Assembly (NCBI GenBank): GCA_965644295.1
Contig: CBFFRP010000373.1
Location: 1 to 64,000 of the forward strand
DNA: 64,000 nucleotides
Reading direction: 5' to 3'
Source of the DNA: Paraphysomonas bandaiensis
Taxonomy: Eukaryota > Protista > Chrysophyceae
The position numbers and the translations under genes are program-made. Below are positions 47,501 to 59,641 of the stretch, piece by piece (position 1 is the first letter of the stretch; the number at the start of each line of letters is the position of its first letter). Under the pieces are notes generated by a model. It was not told the origin of the DNA, did no database searches, and was given only the letters and a program-made list of their open reading frames with translations.

Positions 47501-49117
47501 ACACATCGTGAGTCCTTGGAGAGTGCCGAGCACAGGGAGTGGAGACGAGCTCGCCGTGTAGAGCGAGAGGGTTTGGCGAAGCGAGATACCATGGAGGTGA
47601 CTCGTATACCGGACGGAGTCGTCCCACTGCACTCCAAGTACGTCTATGGAAAGAAGTACGATAAGGAGGGAGAGGTCCGCCGATATAAGGCTCGTCTTGT
47701 AGCAATCGGTTGTGGACAGCAGTCGAGTGGTTGGGCGAACCATTTCGCACCCGTTGTTAAGGGGGTAACAGTGCGACTGTTAATCGCCATAGCTTTCGTG
47801 ATGAACATGGTAATTCATCAACTGGATGTGTCTAACGCATTTCTATATGCAGATATAGAGGGGGATGTATATATGAAGGCAACTCCGGACTTTCAGCTGC
47901 CTGAGGGGTACTGCTTTAAGTTGAAGAAGTCGTTATACGGGCTTCGGAGTTCCCCGCGGTCGTGGTGGAAAACATTGGATAAATTCATACGATCTATGCA
48001 TTTTAAACCATGTGTATTAGACCCGTGTTTGTATTATCAGTATAAGGGCGATGAATTGATATTATTAACGATATATGTGGATGATATCCTAGTGTTAGGT
48101 CGTGATGTCAACATAGTGAAGGATATTAAAGCTCAACTGTGTGCCCGGTTTGATATGAAGGATATGGGCGAGATGGAACATTTTCTGAATGTTCGAGTCA
48201 CAAGAACGCCAGAGTATATTCGTCTTGACCAATCAGTATATGCGGCTAAGATCTTAGAAAAGTTTGAAAAGTATCTTGGGCCACCGCGAAAGGTACGGAA
48301 GAGTCCTCTACCGGCGGAAGCAATGGATTTAGTGGCAAAAGGGGCGCGGCATGAGCATACCGAGGAGGAACAGCTTATAGTAGATAACTTCCCATATCGG
48401 CCGCTGATAGGTGCATTACTATATCTATCGATGAACACGAGGCCGGATATTGCCTATGCAGTGGGAGTACTGTCTCGGTTCAGTAATAAGGTGAATATTG
48501 AAGTATGCAAGCTATTAACACATGTATGGCAATATATTCGTGGTTCTATTGACAAAGGGATTCAATATGGGAGTAGACGGTTCGACTTCCATATGTTTAC
48601 TGACGCGGATTGGGCGGGAGATCAGCTCTCCAGGAAGTCCACGTCGGGGTACGTTGGGTTTGCAGCGGGAGGGCCTATAGTCTGGCAGTCCAAACTGCAG
48701 ACGACAGTGGCAACGTCAAGCATGCAGTCTGAGTATCAGTGTATTTACTCGGGTCTCCAAGAAGTGCTATGGGTTCGGGGGGTGACGGGTGAGATTAAGT
48801 TGAGGCTCATCAAACCCACACCATTCTTCATCGACAGTCAGAGTGCCCAGGATTTGGCCGAAAACCCAGTGTTTCACAAGAAGTCGAAGCACATTGAGAT
48901 TAAGTATCACATGGTGAGAGAGCACGTGGATCCCAATCAGTTCAATACGATTAAGTTAGTGCATGTGCATACATCGCAACAAGCAGCAGATATTTATACA
49001 AAGTCATTGGTTGGTTTATCATATATGGAGCAGAGAAAGAGAAATCTTGGAGAGAAAGTTAAGAGTTCCACTGAAGTGATTAATGAGGGACCAAGGGATA
49101 AAAGAAGGCGCAAGTAG
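44519..49117 (+). CDS. Copia Gag-Pol polyprotein, 1532 aa
   Basis: Two CCHC knuckles; protease YLDSCAS; HHCC; integrase D-D-E (TADI, HADGG, SERK); RT QLDVSNAFL, LYGL, YVDD; RNase H FTDADWAG; INT precedes RT. Confidence 0.98.
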   Translation: MSTSVMVANASCRDGEDDKKLRFDKNQADYSARKIKMHLMKKNRNHLGLEDPPAGGRNLESWRERNDTCVSTIWEACEHDPDVLEVANQYLEGKAILPADDPAKEVLSSELLQTLVDRFRGEIGTVLEKTTAEYHSFKIRPGEKVSVGVDRLNGIIQKLIKLGQPQTEASKLAKIKAALQIEELHDLWMSVAMMPKATTTFDSVKEACEEYDEAMTQLKKLKGDKSEEINFTASKEPVVCSFCRKKGHVAANCYAKERQRKMDKFKRKGKTKEKASKSVQQPGSKDYTGCHICGDFSHKARQCKSKKRKNIKNPDNENPRKSNRKFETEWKKYVNDGESSDDEANMFGEEVLLSVDTSEEPRVYLDSCASKRLFIVKDKIALESFTPEFGAIQLTRKGSQLETQGAGTFGEWRDIRVSEEAVKNIVSGGMLRSMGYGLQLLRKPKIVELDSGNEVLTGEYDEHGGMPYVDLMEVLNLPNVSMCNQMEEVNLSDNTGQDALDRLHERTGHVSKSKLLEAHRHMLFRGSGLQRHHLSKAKEKSCKKPLCKWCAKAKITRHSFKSRDNEELSAVRFLERVTADISVYLNCESRQGYKYVLLFTDLATKMIWEYGLRTRSGEEVFKCLRHLCEVHLVKYEGWNRIVEYHADGGSELISQQIREYLLQRYGTRVSHTTRDTPELNAVSERKFRTIGEMTLTMLTASGLPKSFWSDAYQTACYIVRRMPTRTWQGWMSPYECVPGGSVPSLSWLRKWGCKAYVLTPKADRRKDWEDKAMTGYFIGYPADRKGYKVLVGDTVVHSVHVLFDESVPERSQDYYRELEEAQVAIDPEARQPGEFEYLIGKHHEDGGLLYKTNRVVIRKGLIVGYRSLVTGNQVQVEDKTPIHIADIKKMTEDLAQRVVRARVTDNRDGGISGVVPQQSESGQVQPQADSALPSGEGTPAENHPHGKRARTPRTVTNVSVLGQIHHLSDESDVSDLLQEADSVWMSAEESTVPQTHRESLESAEHREWRRARRVEREGLAKRDTMEVTRIPDGVVPLHSKYVYGKKYDKEGEVRRYKARLVAIGCGQQSSGWANHFAPVVKGVTVRLLIAIAFVMNMVIHQLDVSNAFLYADIEGDVYMKATPDFQLPEGYCFKLKKSLYGLRSSPRSWWKTLDKFIRSMHFKPCVLDPCLYYQYKGDELILLTIYVDDILVLGRDVNIVKDIKAQLCARFDMKDMGEMEHFLNVRVTRTPEYIRLDQSVYAAKILEKFEKYLGPPRKVRKSPLPAEAMDLVAKGARHEHTEEEQLIVDNFPYRPLIGALLYLSMNTRPDIAYAVGVLSRFSNKVNIEVCKLLTHVWQYIRGSIDKGIQYGSRRFDFHMFTDADWAGDQLSRKSTSGYVGFAAGGPIVWQSKLQTTVATSSMQSEYQCIYSGLQEVLWVRGVTGEIKLRLIKPTPFFIDSQSAQDLAENPVFHKKSKHIEIKYHMVREHVDPNQFNTIKLVHVHTSQQAADIYTKSLVGLSYMEQRKRNLGEKVKSSTEVINEGPRDKRRRK
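44535..44552 (+). promoter_or_regulatory. Primer-binding site, probably initiator tRNA-Met
   Basis: TGGTAGCGAATGCTAGTT directly after the LTR; TGGTAGC start as in other iMet PBSs. Confidence 0.75.
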
Positions 49118-49232
49118 GTACTGAGTTTTTTAGACAGAGGTTTAGACTTAGAGATGAGTCTATTTTACTGTCAAGAATTTTTTTATCTCAGGCATTCAAT
49201 AGCTGGGAGGCGTCATAGTACAACACTCAATT

Positions 49233-49241
49233 GAGGGGGAG
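49233..49241 (+). promoter_or_regulatory. Polypurine tract
   Basis: GAGGGGGAG immediately before the 3' LTR. Confidence 0.9.
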
Positions 49242-49533
49242 TGTTGAGATCTGAAGATTCTATATACTTGCAATTGAGTGCAGTATTATGTGAGATGCAA
49301 GGATCGAAAGATATATATGTAATTAGTACATTATATTATGTAGTATGAAACTGAAGTAGAAGTGGATGACTATACAGGATACGATGACTGAGTGTGTGGT
49401 TGTACACTATAGTAGTAAATGAATGGTGTTGAACACATCGAACACAACTTAGGTTCTTTATCATGTAATGTTTATAATTTCATCTTATCAGTTGAGAATA
49501 GTAAACCTTAGCAAATAATGTCAACTTCTGTTA
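49242..49533 (+). repeat. 3' LTR
   Basis: Direct repeat of 44243-44534 followed by the TSD. Confidence 0.96.
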
Positions 49534-49742
49534 AATAATTCTAATATTTGACAAGCCTGATTAGCACGGTGGATACGCGAACTGTAGTATATGACATATG
49601 ACTCCAAAACTATATCACAGGGTGTATTAAAATATGCACTTCATTTATCCATTATTTCATTTACTAATAGGCCAATGACTATCACTAATGAGCCGACAAC
49701 TAATTACAATAAACGAAAGCATGAGAACTGATTCTGCAGTCG

Positions 49743-50859
49743 TTATGCGCTCTTGCTGCGATTAGCTCTTCTTTCCATCCGCGCAGCTTTGCCAGGTCTA
49801 TTTCCACCTTTCTTACCACCTTTCCCTCCTGCACCACCTCCACGCTTTTCTCTACGAATCAATTTACCTCCCCTAGGGTTGTAGTCCGAAAAATCATTAA
49901 GAGACCTATTCGAGGTAGATAAATTTATACAATACAAGATACACCAATAAAACTTACTTCTTATCATTAAGCTTCGCCTTCTTCCTCTCTTTAGCCCCAA
50001 ATCCATACTTTTTATCCATAGCTATTCGCTTTGTGGTCTTTTTGCCATCGCGTTTAACACCTGGCTTTTCTTTATCCTCTGCATCTACGTTCACAATCAT
50101 TTACACACACCGTAACAATAGAATATAAAAGAGACACCTTCGCCACCGCGCATTTTCTTCGCAGACTCAATGGCGAGCTTTTTATCTCTCGCCTTTTCTT
50201 CGCGGCGCTGCGCAGACACCTGTTTATTGAATTTGCGGTTCAATTCGCGCTGCTTTCGCTGTTCGAATGCGTCAATTTTCTTTTCTTCCAGAATTAACCT
50301 GTCCTTGACCTGTGGTTAACGTAATATCCATTTACTAATGTTACGAAGTAATCAAATAATAGATAGCTTACTCTAGCCATATGTGCGTCCGATTTTACAC
50401 TTTCACAGAAGTAATCATCCGGTCTTTGAAAAGGAATTCCAAGTGTAGCGAATTGATCACGCCCATACTTCACTGCGAGGATCGCGTGATTATAAAAGGC
50501 CATCTACCATTAGATTTCGTGTAAGAAGATGTATCAGCTCTCAATAAGTTACTTACTTCACGCTCTAAGTCATCATTTTCATCTTGGAACGCCAACTCAT
50601 ATTCCGATATTTGCATATTCTCAATAAATGGCATCGAGTCCACCCCCATGCTCTCCGCAAGCTGCATCATTGCATCCTTGTTATAAACAGATGCCTTCGG
50701 CTTAGACTCCTGCTCTTCACCGTCTCCATTCTGGGATTGTTTCTGCTCTTCTTTCATCGCCATGATAGCCGCAATCTCTGCCTGTAACTCAGGGTCTTGT
50801 ATTTCGTCCTCATCTTCTGTTTCCTCCCTTGCCCTCTTTCTATCACCTTTCTTTCCCAT
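49743..50859 (-). CDS. EBP2: rRNA-processing protein EBP2 (multi-exon)
   Basis: DDLERE|MAFY, GIPFQRPDDYFCESVKSDAHMARV, C-terminal RPGKAARM. Confidence 0.93.
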
Positions 50860-52033
50860 ATTTCAAATAGATTACTATGTGAAATAATATGATTGATTAA
50901 CTAACAGTCTTACAGCAATAGAGGAGAACTATGACCATTAAAACTGAGCATATCATCACAGAAATGAATGATTGGCCTCTCACATGCCGTATACAGACAC
51001 CGTATTCTATTCGTCTCCAATCGAATCATTGGCGGGTCAGTGAGAATACTGTACTTTCTGTATCAGAAAATGCCTGATTTTTAGCGTACTCTACGACTGC
51101 AGTGGTTGTATTTACATGGATGTTTGTATACATTATAATACACGAAATACTCTACTTGAGCTGTGCTGGCAGTATAGTAGCTACACAGCAGCCAGTGAAG
51201 AGTTTTAAGAATTCAATCTAATTCCCCCCCTGTGCTGACAACCATACAGAAGAATATGAATTGGTGTTAGGAAAACGAATTGTTCGGATGGTCTCATTGA
51301 AACACAGATAACACTTAGCTGTTATGTAAGCTATGTACACCAGACTCTGTTGAGAAGACAAAGTCTCGTATTCAACTCGTTGCATAGTGATTCAGATATT
51401 CATATCCTTTTAATGGCTGTGCTGTACTAGATATTGATGCAGTCTGACTATAGTCTGGGCTATACTGTGTTTCTGGGTTGAGGGGAAGAGAGTGAGAGGT
51501 GATGTAGCTTACTTGTATTCCACACTTTACGAGAATAGAATTTTGACGACAATATATATTGAATGGCCTTGGAGAGAGTATTTTCCTGCGTTTGGGATGC
51601 CCTCATGGTAGCCGTCTGGACTAGTTCCACTTGTGGTATTCATGTCGCATCACAGGAACGGTGTTTTCCGTGAACATGTACTACTATTGGTTCCATTATC
51701 TGCGGTGAAGCTCTAATTTAGTATATTTATGGTATACTATTTTTACTAAGGAGTTATATGTTTTCTCACTTTCACGGACGCTAAAACAACATCAGAAGGT
51801 AATGGTGATGTTAGCAATGGCAAGAAATTGATGAATATAAGCTTCAAGTCAGCATGAACTAATGGAGTCTCAGCACGTAAATATTAAATAATCATTGATA
51901 AAGGTCGAGGCGTCGTGGGGTCATTCCTTGTCGCACAAAGGTGTAATGATAACGTTGGCTCTGCTGAACGAACGGTCCACAAAGGAAGTATATTCGGGCA
52001 GTCTTTAGTTGTACGAGGAAGACAGCATACTTT

Positions 52034-52091
52034 TAACAGTTTGAAGTTTACTACTTGGTATATAACAGTGTGAAGTTTACTACTTGGTATA
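52034..52091 (+). repeat. 29-bp tandem duplication
   Basis: TAACAGT(T/G)TGAAGTTTACTACTTGGTATA twice. Confidence 0.9.
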
Positions 52092-52261
52092 TTGCTTGAC
52101 AGTGACAGTACGAATTCTAATATCGTAAATGAACAGCGTTCTTCGTTGCAGGTATTATCAGTATTGTTCGATATTATAATAATAGATATGCTATATGATT
52201 ATGAAAAGTAATTTATGATTAATTAAAAATATTTTCGAAGACACACAAGCGTTCTGCAATA

Positions 52262-52541
52262 TGATGTGATATATATTATATATTGTGCAATTGAAGTGAG
52301 TTAATAGTGTGCAATAGGTAAAGTCAACTCATAGGTGTATCGGGTGATTATATTTACAAAGGAATTAAATTTAGTTATCAGTTACTGATGGTGACTATAT
52401 AAGATATAGAACTGATGGACGAATATATGATAAACAGATGTTGCTGAGAACAGATGTCTTATCAGATGTTACACGAATATGTAGTGAAGTGTTCAGATTA
52501 ATAATTATAATTTCTTACTTAAAAGTGCATTGTCTTCAACA
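52262..52541 (+). mobile_element. Possible degenerate solo LTR
   Basis: TG..TCAACA ends, about 280 bp, with patches (TGCAATTGA, TGACTATA, TTATAATTTC) in the same order as the 44243 LTR; no TSD found. Confidence 0.35.
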
Positions 52542-53059
52542 AAGCAAGGTTAAGGTTCACGTGTAGAGAAAAGTTAGCTTCAGTGCAATGTTCAATTCTA
52601 ATACACAATATATATAAATATTTGCAAAATTTTGCGAGGCCAAATTTTGCTAATAATAATTATATATCAGGGCAATAATAATAAATATATTATAGTAGAA
52701 TTGCAATATATTGCAATCATTTATGTCTGGCCCTAATATACAATATGTATATGTTGTGCTGTCTATGTGATTGCATCGCGTTTAGTTTGCTATTCTCAGG
52801 TAATATTATTTTATAGACCAGAGTTAAAGAACAAGTGTAGGTTATTTACTTGTATGGTACGGCTTCTTTATAGGAGGACTAAAATATCAATAATACGCCT
52901 AAAGCATTATTACATTAATGCTTTCTGTAAAATATAGTCTACGTAAACACGAATCATATTTCAAATTGAAAAACTAGCAAATCTATCAAACAAAATAAAA
53001 GTGGGCTTACGGACGCTATACTACAGTTATGACCCCAGAGCCCGAATTGTCAAGATACC

Positions 53060-54619
53060 TCACTCAGGTGCACCGTGCATGACGTGTGATCCAACAACAT
53101 ATGCTGTAACACCCACACCGAATATTCCCAACATTAGCCCACAGGCATCAGAGGTATAGGAAGTAGAGTAAAACGTAACCGGGCTGATACCTCTCTCCAG
53201 GAGGATTTTCTTTGAGAAATACGCAAGCAGCGGAGGAAAAATGAAGACCAAAAAAAATCCAGTGATCCCTATAACAAATACGTCATTCAAACTTTAACAA
53301 TAACATTCGTCATACCGGTATAGTCTGTAATTGTACCAAGGCTTTGCACACATGCTGCCCCAATCAGCGGGGGAATGGCGGATACCAATCGAAACGCAAT
53401 AACATAACTACGTTCCATGCTGTTCACGCCCTTCTCGCAGCAGGAAGAAAGTAAATTATTCCCAAGCGTAATGGCACACAATGGAAAAGCCGATGCCACG
53501 TCCACAGCAGGAAAGACGATAATGTACGAAGAGACCAGCTGCACCAAGAGAGCACCAGTTCGCCTCGATACCTCGCCCTCTGCAATTCCACCGTCATAAT
53601 CCATCCAGTTCAGGTTAGAAGACGACATAATGCTATCTCCAAAGTACAGAGAAAGGGTGACACCAATTAGGGTATATGCAATATAACAGCAGAGAAGGGT
53701 AGACGCGTAGATGGATGAGAGTTGCTTCTTGTCTATAGTTGGTTCAGACAGGGCTGGAATCGAGTGGTGAAATATATTCGCAAAGAGAGCAATAGGAATT
53801 ATAATTCGAAGGCCACTATGGTCCCAAAGGTTGCTCATGGGGCTAGCAAGTGGGGCTGCATCGTCGATGTCCGGACTGCGATAAACCTCTCCCGAATGGT
53901 AATAAGCTAACAGCACACTTCCAACCATCAACAGAACCATGATAACACGACAGGCGGCGTATATAACCTGCAGTGTGATCTGTTCCGTGAGCTCCAGACA
54001 GCTGGTTGGGATAACAATAGCAGCATAGAATAATAAATAGATATAATATGACCATTCTCCTATGTCGAAACTAGCAGTCAGCGAATTCGCGAATACAGTT
54101 CCATAGGCCCATAATGTACCGTACAGATAGACTGCTAGCACAAACGAAAACGCTCGCATTCCATTAACACCGAGAAATATTGCACACAGTTCAGTTATTT
54201 CAAACTTTTTTTCACCAACAACCCAGTCTGTTCCATCCATAGGAGATGAAACGTTCCCTACCTCCGAATCCTCTGTCGTTGAAATGCTGTTGTATCCTTT
54301 ACTACTGCTGGTGGAGATACGTAAAATGGAATGCTGATGTAGAGCTTCCGCCCTTGCCATAGTTTCTAAAATAAACTGCGCGCCTATTACAGAAGGAACT
54401 ATGATGATACCTAATACGACAATTCCGAGGAGGGTGCCACTCTCACCAAAAGCCCTGTAAGAAACACATATTAACAAACACACATATCGAGAGTCATACA
54501 TCATACCATGGAATAGTTAAGAATCCAGTCCCCATAATATAGTTAATCGTAAACAGGACCGCAATCGTGAAGGTGAAAGACGGCTCAACTTTGCCTGTAT
54601 CATCAGCTTCAGATCTCAT
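53060..54619 (-). CDS. Amino-acid transporter family protein, TMEM104-like (3 exons)
   Basis: FTINYIMGTGFLTIPW|AF, ETMARA, KFEITELC..FLG, YLYGTLWAY, FHHSIP, FPAVDVASAFPL. Confidence 0.88.
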
Positions 54620-55139
54620 TGCTATATCTCGAACTCAGCCGTGATTCTTAGTTATTCCTGGAGACCAGTGACACACAAAAACACACGCCTACTTTATTTT
54701 AAAATGGTGTCAAGTGTTTGTTGTTGTCAGGTAATTAACTTGACTCCGTTGTAGTTAATGATTAGTGCCTGAGGTGCTGTTATTTACCACTCACATGACA
54801 CAGGTCGAAACTTCCTTTCGAACAGATGGCTCTATGTCCAATGACGAAATCTGATTGGCTCATATCTAGTACTGAGTTTCCGTATACATGTATTCCAATC
54901 ACATCTTTGGTCAAACTTTTGCTACGATACTACGTAGTACGTGTCATATACGGCGGTATGTGTTTGTGTGTATGTCGTATATGATATATAATATATAATA
55001 TATAATATATAGCATACAGCGTTTGTATACAGTACTGGTATACCATGGTATACGTAGCATATCACTCTTGCAGGCCAGCTCCACTACATTCCACACCACA
55101 TTGTGCTGTAAACTAGCCGCTTGACACTCCATTGCGTCG

Positions 55140-56213
55140 ATGGCAGGTCGTGTATTGTGCAATTCTTTGGCTCGTGCTGGCCAAAAGCGATCTTTTGCTT
55201 CGGTTACGTTTCAGTCGTTCGGCAATCCATCTGAGGTTTTAAAGTAAGTGTCGTTACGCCCCATTGTGTGGATTACAACTTAACGTATTGCAGAGCTGGT
55301 AAGTCTTTAGAAGTAAGTGCTCCTGCATCTGGAGAAGTAAAAATTGGAATTAAATCTTGTCCAGTTACATATGAAGATATCAGATCGGTGAATTGACAAC
55401 AGCGCATTATCTAGCATTAACATATCTTCGCAGATTCGTGGGCTGTCACTCTTGAGGTCAAAGACAGGGATTGCTGGAGCATTTGGCGTTGGAACTGTGA
55501 GCGCAGTTGGTCCCGATGTTAGTATACCCCCAAATGGCCAAGTATTAGTTGTCACCAACTCGGGAACATGGAACGACGAGGTGGTTGCCTCATCCAGTGG
55601 TGTGTTTGATGCATCTTCTCTGTCAGTGGAACAGGCTGCACTACTTCCAGATGTTGCTTCTGCTTGGGAAATTCTTCAGTCGAATGCATCCTTGAAATCT
55701 GGTGATGTTGTTATTCGCACTGAGCATGGACCAGTTGCATTCAACAGTGCTATCGATGCGATCTGTAAGAACGAGGGCATTCATGTGATAGTCGCCAGAG
55801 ACTCAGATTTGCTTGACTCTAACTTCAAGTCTAAAATCTCTAGTAAGGGTGTGGCTCGCTTGGCAGTGTCATGTTCTATTGGCAAGTTTACTAGACCTCT
55901 CATGTCACTTCTTGCCAATGACTCAGTAGTGGTGACATACAATGGTCCCGTACCACCCTTGGAGGTGTGCGAAGGCATTGATATCCCAGTTACCAAATCG
56001 ATTTTTAATGGACAGCGCGTGAAGGGATTTGACTTTCATGCGCTCGCTAAGAACGACCCCGAGAGAGCTGCTAGAGCTGTAGCCGCTGGCGCGGAACTGC
56101 TAAGAACAGGAGCTCTCAAAATATCTGCAACCGTTTTCCCTAGCAGCAAGTGTGTTGAAGCCATTGCGATGGCAGAGAATGGACAAACTGCTACTATCTC
56201 TGTCTCGTCATAA
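55140..56213 (+). CDS. Divergent mitochondrial enoyl-ACP reductase (MECR)-like MDR protein
   Basis: Presequence ending RSFAS; FQSFGNPSEVLK; GVGTVSAVGPDV; GTW; LKSGDVVI; VVTY; SIF..VKGF. Confidence 0.7.
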
Positions 56214-57092
56214 TTTCTGAAGTAGGTCATTGGTTTGTGGTGATGTATGCCTACACGTTATCACAGATGCAGTTCACGCGTGGACGTTTTCGGAGAATGA
56301 ACCGTGCGTTGTTATGATTTGCCCTCTGTATTAGCGCGCTTTGTTTCACATTCATTAATAACATACGCTCATATTGAAGTTGTGTATCTGTCTTGCCATA
56401 ATATCTTTCCCAAATGCGTATGTTGTAGACAATCCAGTAGTATAGAGTCATCATTAAACTTGTCCACATTGTTAGTTGGTGTGCGGAATTTTGAGGGTTC
56501 ATTTCAGATTCATTTTATACTTCGAACTTTCTAATTCCTAAGCCCGAAAATATAGTAGCTCCTGAGAACACTAGTTAGTAGTGATTATTAATAGTATGCG
56601 TAAAATTGCCGAATCTTAATGTATATCTACGTGAACTATTTTGGCAAATCAATGGAGTGGTATTCACGTATTCAAGCCGCAGATGACCAATAGGAAAGGA
56701 GATCGATACAACCCTGGTCGCATCATTCGTAATAAATAATAAGTGAATGTCGTATGTGATGTTACGCTGAAGTAACTATTATTCCTAGTCATAATAACAC
56801 ATGATGATCTTATAGGATGAGTCTGTCAGGTATTTAATTCTACACTCCCATATTCGAAATCTACTTCAAGTGTACTACTATATACTATATACTGAATCAT
56901 TCCATCAATGCTAACAACAGATACTACGAAAAAAATTGCATACTGTACTTAAATACGCACTTAACAATGACATATCACCTTCGTGCTAACCCACTACAGG
57001 CTAGGGAAGTATTCACTAAAAATCAACAACACGATAAACACAGTACTATGCTCGCCGCAGTCACAGTTGTCAAAAATATCTCATAACATGCA

Positions 57093-57615
57093 TCATGTTT
57101 CGGCATTATACTTATGGGTGATTATCTGCTTTAATCCGTAATACCAGTTTTTGAAATCACTTCGGTTCGGCACAATAAAGTCATATGTCCTGTCAACACA
57201 TATCAATGAGAAGGAATTTTCCTTTGCAAATCCCAGTTCGCTGACATGCGGCTTGAAGTTATCTGTTTCTTGGCCATGAACAATCGACACCACGTCCGTT
57301 AGATCAACTATATAAGGACGCATTAAGCTCAGGTACACGTGTAAATATACTTTGGGAATACCTTTTTTAACAAACAGAAATTTTGATTCCCAGACAATGA
57401 AGCGGTGATCTGTACTTAATCGAATAACCTTCTCGCTAATATTACCATCACGCCCAGCTTTCGTGACCGTGCAACCTATGATACCTATTAGTCTATCCGC
57501 GGAAGATAATGTTTCACGTACCTTTCTCGAGAATAGATAAATCTACATGCTCTTCGTGTTTAGAGGAAGCCTCTGCTTCACCTTCACGGGTGTCAGCTTC
57601 GCTAACAAAGTTCAT
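57093..57615 (-). CDS. Small PH-domain protein (PLC/Num1-type PH); 3 exons
   Basis: GCTVTKAGRDG..IRLSTD..IVWES; VSIVHGQETDNF; SFSLI..RTYDF..W..GL. Confidence 0.8.
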
Positions 57616-58208
57616 AGCAATGATTAGATACAATGAAGTTTCGGATAGTAAAGATGAACACTGACTTGTAGCTAAATGCGCGCTTCTTTTTCACTCTGTA
57701 GCTAAAAAAGAATGTTGCAGATAGAGGTGGCCACATCACACACATACGGTTTAGTACCTACACGGCGGTATAAATAAGCAGTCAGACTGCCGCTGTATAT
57801 CAGCGTATAGGTAGAATACCGCAATACCAGAATGTATGGGTTTTTAGCATAAAAGTGGCAGTAATTATATAAAAAATCCCTGTTTTTACTATAAAAATTC
57901 TGTATACTTCGTACCGTAGATCGCAGTACGAACATTCTGCAGATCTGAAATACTGGAAATACAGGGAATTTTGTATGAGTAGATTTCTACAACAAGTCAA
58001 AAAATGGATATTTTATGAAAAGCAAAAGAGCACGAGTTAGTTGCACCTGATGTGGATGTCAATGATACTGCTGTAGTTATAGTACTGCTGTATAAAAGCT
58101 CGATGTGCTGTAAGACTGAGCTGATCAATGCTCTAGCTAGAGATTATCGCGCCTTGTTAACGACCCATACATTCTATTATTGGACTGGTGCAATAGATCA
58201 ATTGTAAT

Positions 58209-59255
58209 ATGTTTGAATACTTTGGAGGCTACTCTAAATTCGGAACTGAAAGTGAGCACGGTTTGTTCGGGGACACCTGCAGCATCCCTTTCATAGGCGT
58301 AACCAGACGTTCCAGTGATAAAGGAGTGGTCCTTGCGGCTTATTCACATCATTCTAAAACTGACCTGAATATAATACGAGACGTTATATCAAATGCTAAA
58401 ATAACAAATGACGAGACGTTTTATACGATATCAGTCGAGAGCTTATCGTGGTGTCTACTAGCAGGTATATAACTCTATGCTTTGCTACGTTGATTTGATT
58501 GGTTTCGCAGCACCAGAAGGGTTAATATATGTGCTTATCTGTAAATCTGATTATCCAGAGCGATGTGCGCACATGTGTCTGGAGGAAATGCGACGCACGG
58601 TATATGCATTTGCTTATATTTTATGACATTATTCGTTACACTCTCTCTATGGTAATATATTTAGTTTGAAGCTCGCTACATGAATAAGGTTTTGACTGCA
58701 AAGGACAATGCCTTTACCACACAGTTTCGAGACCAAATGAGAAAGCTCTGTATCAAGTACAACAATCCTGGGGATGTGGATGCACTAGCAGCAACTCATA
58801 AAAAAGTGACAGCTGCAAAAATTGTAATGCAGGAGAATATTCAGCTTGCTCTTAATAATTGCGTAAAGATTGAGCATCTTGAGCAGCAGACAGGTTAATA
58901 GCTCTTCACAACACCATCTTAGTTAAATGGTTGTGAACAGATGATTTGATGAAGCAAGCAGGAGTGTTTCGCATCAACGCAACTAGTATGAAGAATAGAA
59001 TGTGGTGGAAAAGTTTAAAGGTATGTGTAAATATTGAAGTTTACTGATCTTATATATAATCAAAATATCTCGTGTTCAGTCGAAGGCGCTTCTAGTGTGT
59101 GTTGTATTGTTAGTTTTGGGTGCTCTCGCTGGTGTTATATCTTATATTGTGCTTAAGTACAAGGTACGTATTTCCCTTGCAGCTATTACCAGTTTGATCG
59201 CACTTAATGTGATATCTAGGACAACAATGCCGATGATGCAGTAGATGACCACTGA
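58209..59255 (+). CDS. VAMP7-like longin R-SNARE (multi-exon)
   Basis: Longin YVLICKSDYPERCAHMCLEE; SNARE VMQENIQLAL..KIEHL..T|DDL..QA..F..A..MKNRMWW; C-terminal TM. Confidence 0.88.
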
Positions 59256-59591
59256 TAAGTTGTGGCTCGATATATACATCTTGCGCTGTTGCGCGTCGCA
59301 CGGTGTGTACACTTTGGTCGAAATAGGTAGAATTTGATATGCATGTTTAGAATCAAGTTTGCATGCGTGGAATGTTTTTCTTTTCCGTCAGTATCTTTCT
59401 TTTTGCTATCTGTCAGTTGCAGGGTATTTTTTGATGCGGTAATATGTGGAAATGAACATCAGTATTTCTGTATTTGGCGGTAGTGCACAATGTAGATATG
59501 AAGAGAATACTGCACAGCAGTACGTAATGTTGATTGTTAGAATTGTACATTACATTGAAGTTAACCTTGCGTACACGTAAGCCTTAAATTT

Positions 59592-59641
59592 ACTAGTTTC
59601 TGTACACAACCGTTCTCATGTAATAATCAGACTTTCCTATA
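59592..59641 (+). mobile_element. 50-bp extreme 3' tail of the 21189-25947 LINE family
   Basis: Near reverse complement of 21189-21233; TSD TAAGCCTTAAATTT at 59578-59591 and 59642-59655. Confidence 0.88.

Larger units (their letters stand above)
44243..49533 (+). mobile_element. Full-length intact Ty1/Copia LTR retrotransposon
   Basis: Two 292-bp LTRs, 5-bp TSD AATAA (44238-44242, 49534-49538), PBS, PPT and one uninterrupted ORF. Confidence 0.98.

Noticed and set aside
44854-48438. Antisense ORFs within Copia (and similar ones within the LINE and host genes)
   Set aside because: Shadow frames of long coding sequences with no motifs
52668-52735. Another mini-hAT (CAGGGC..GCCCT with ATTGCAATATATTGCAAT)
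   Set aside because: No matching 8-bp TSD and the TIR is too short
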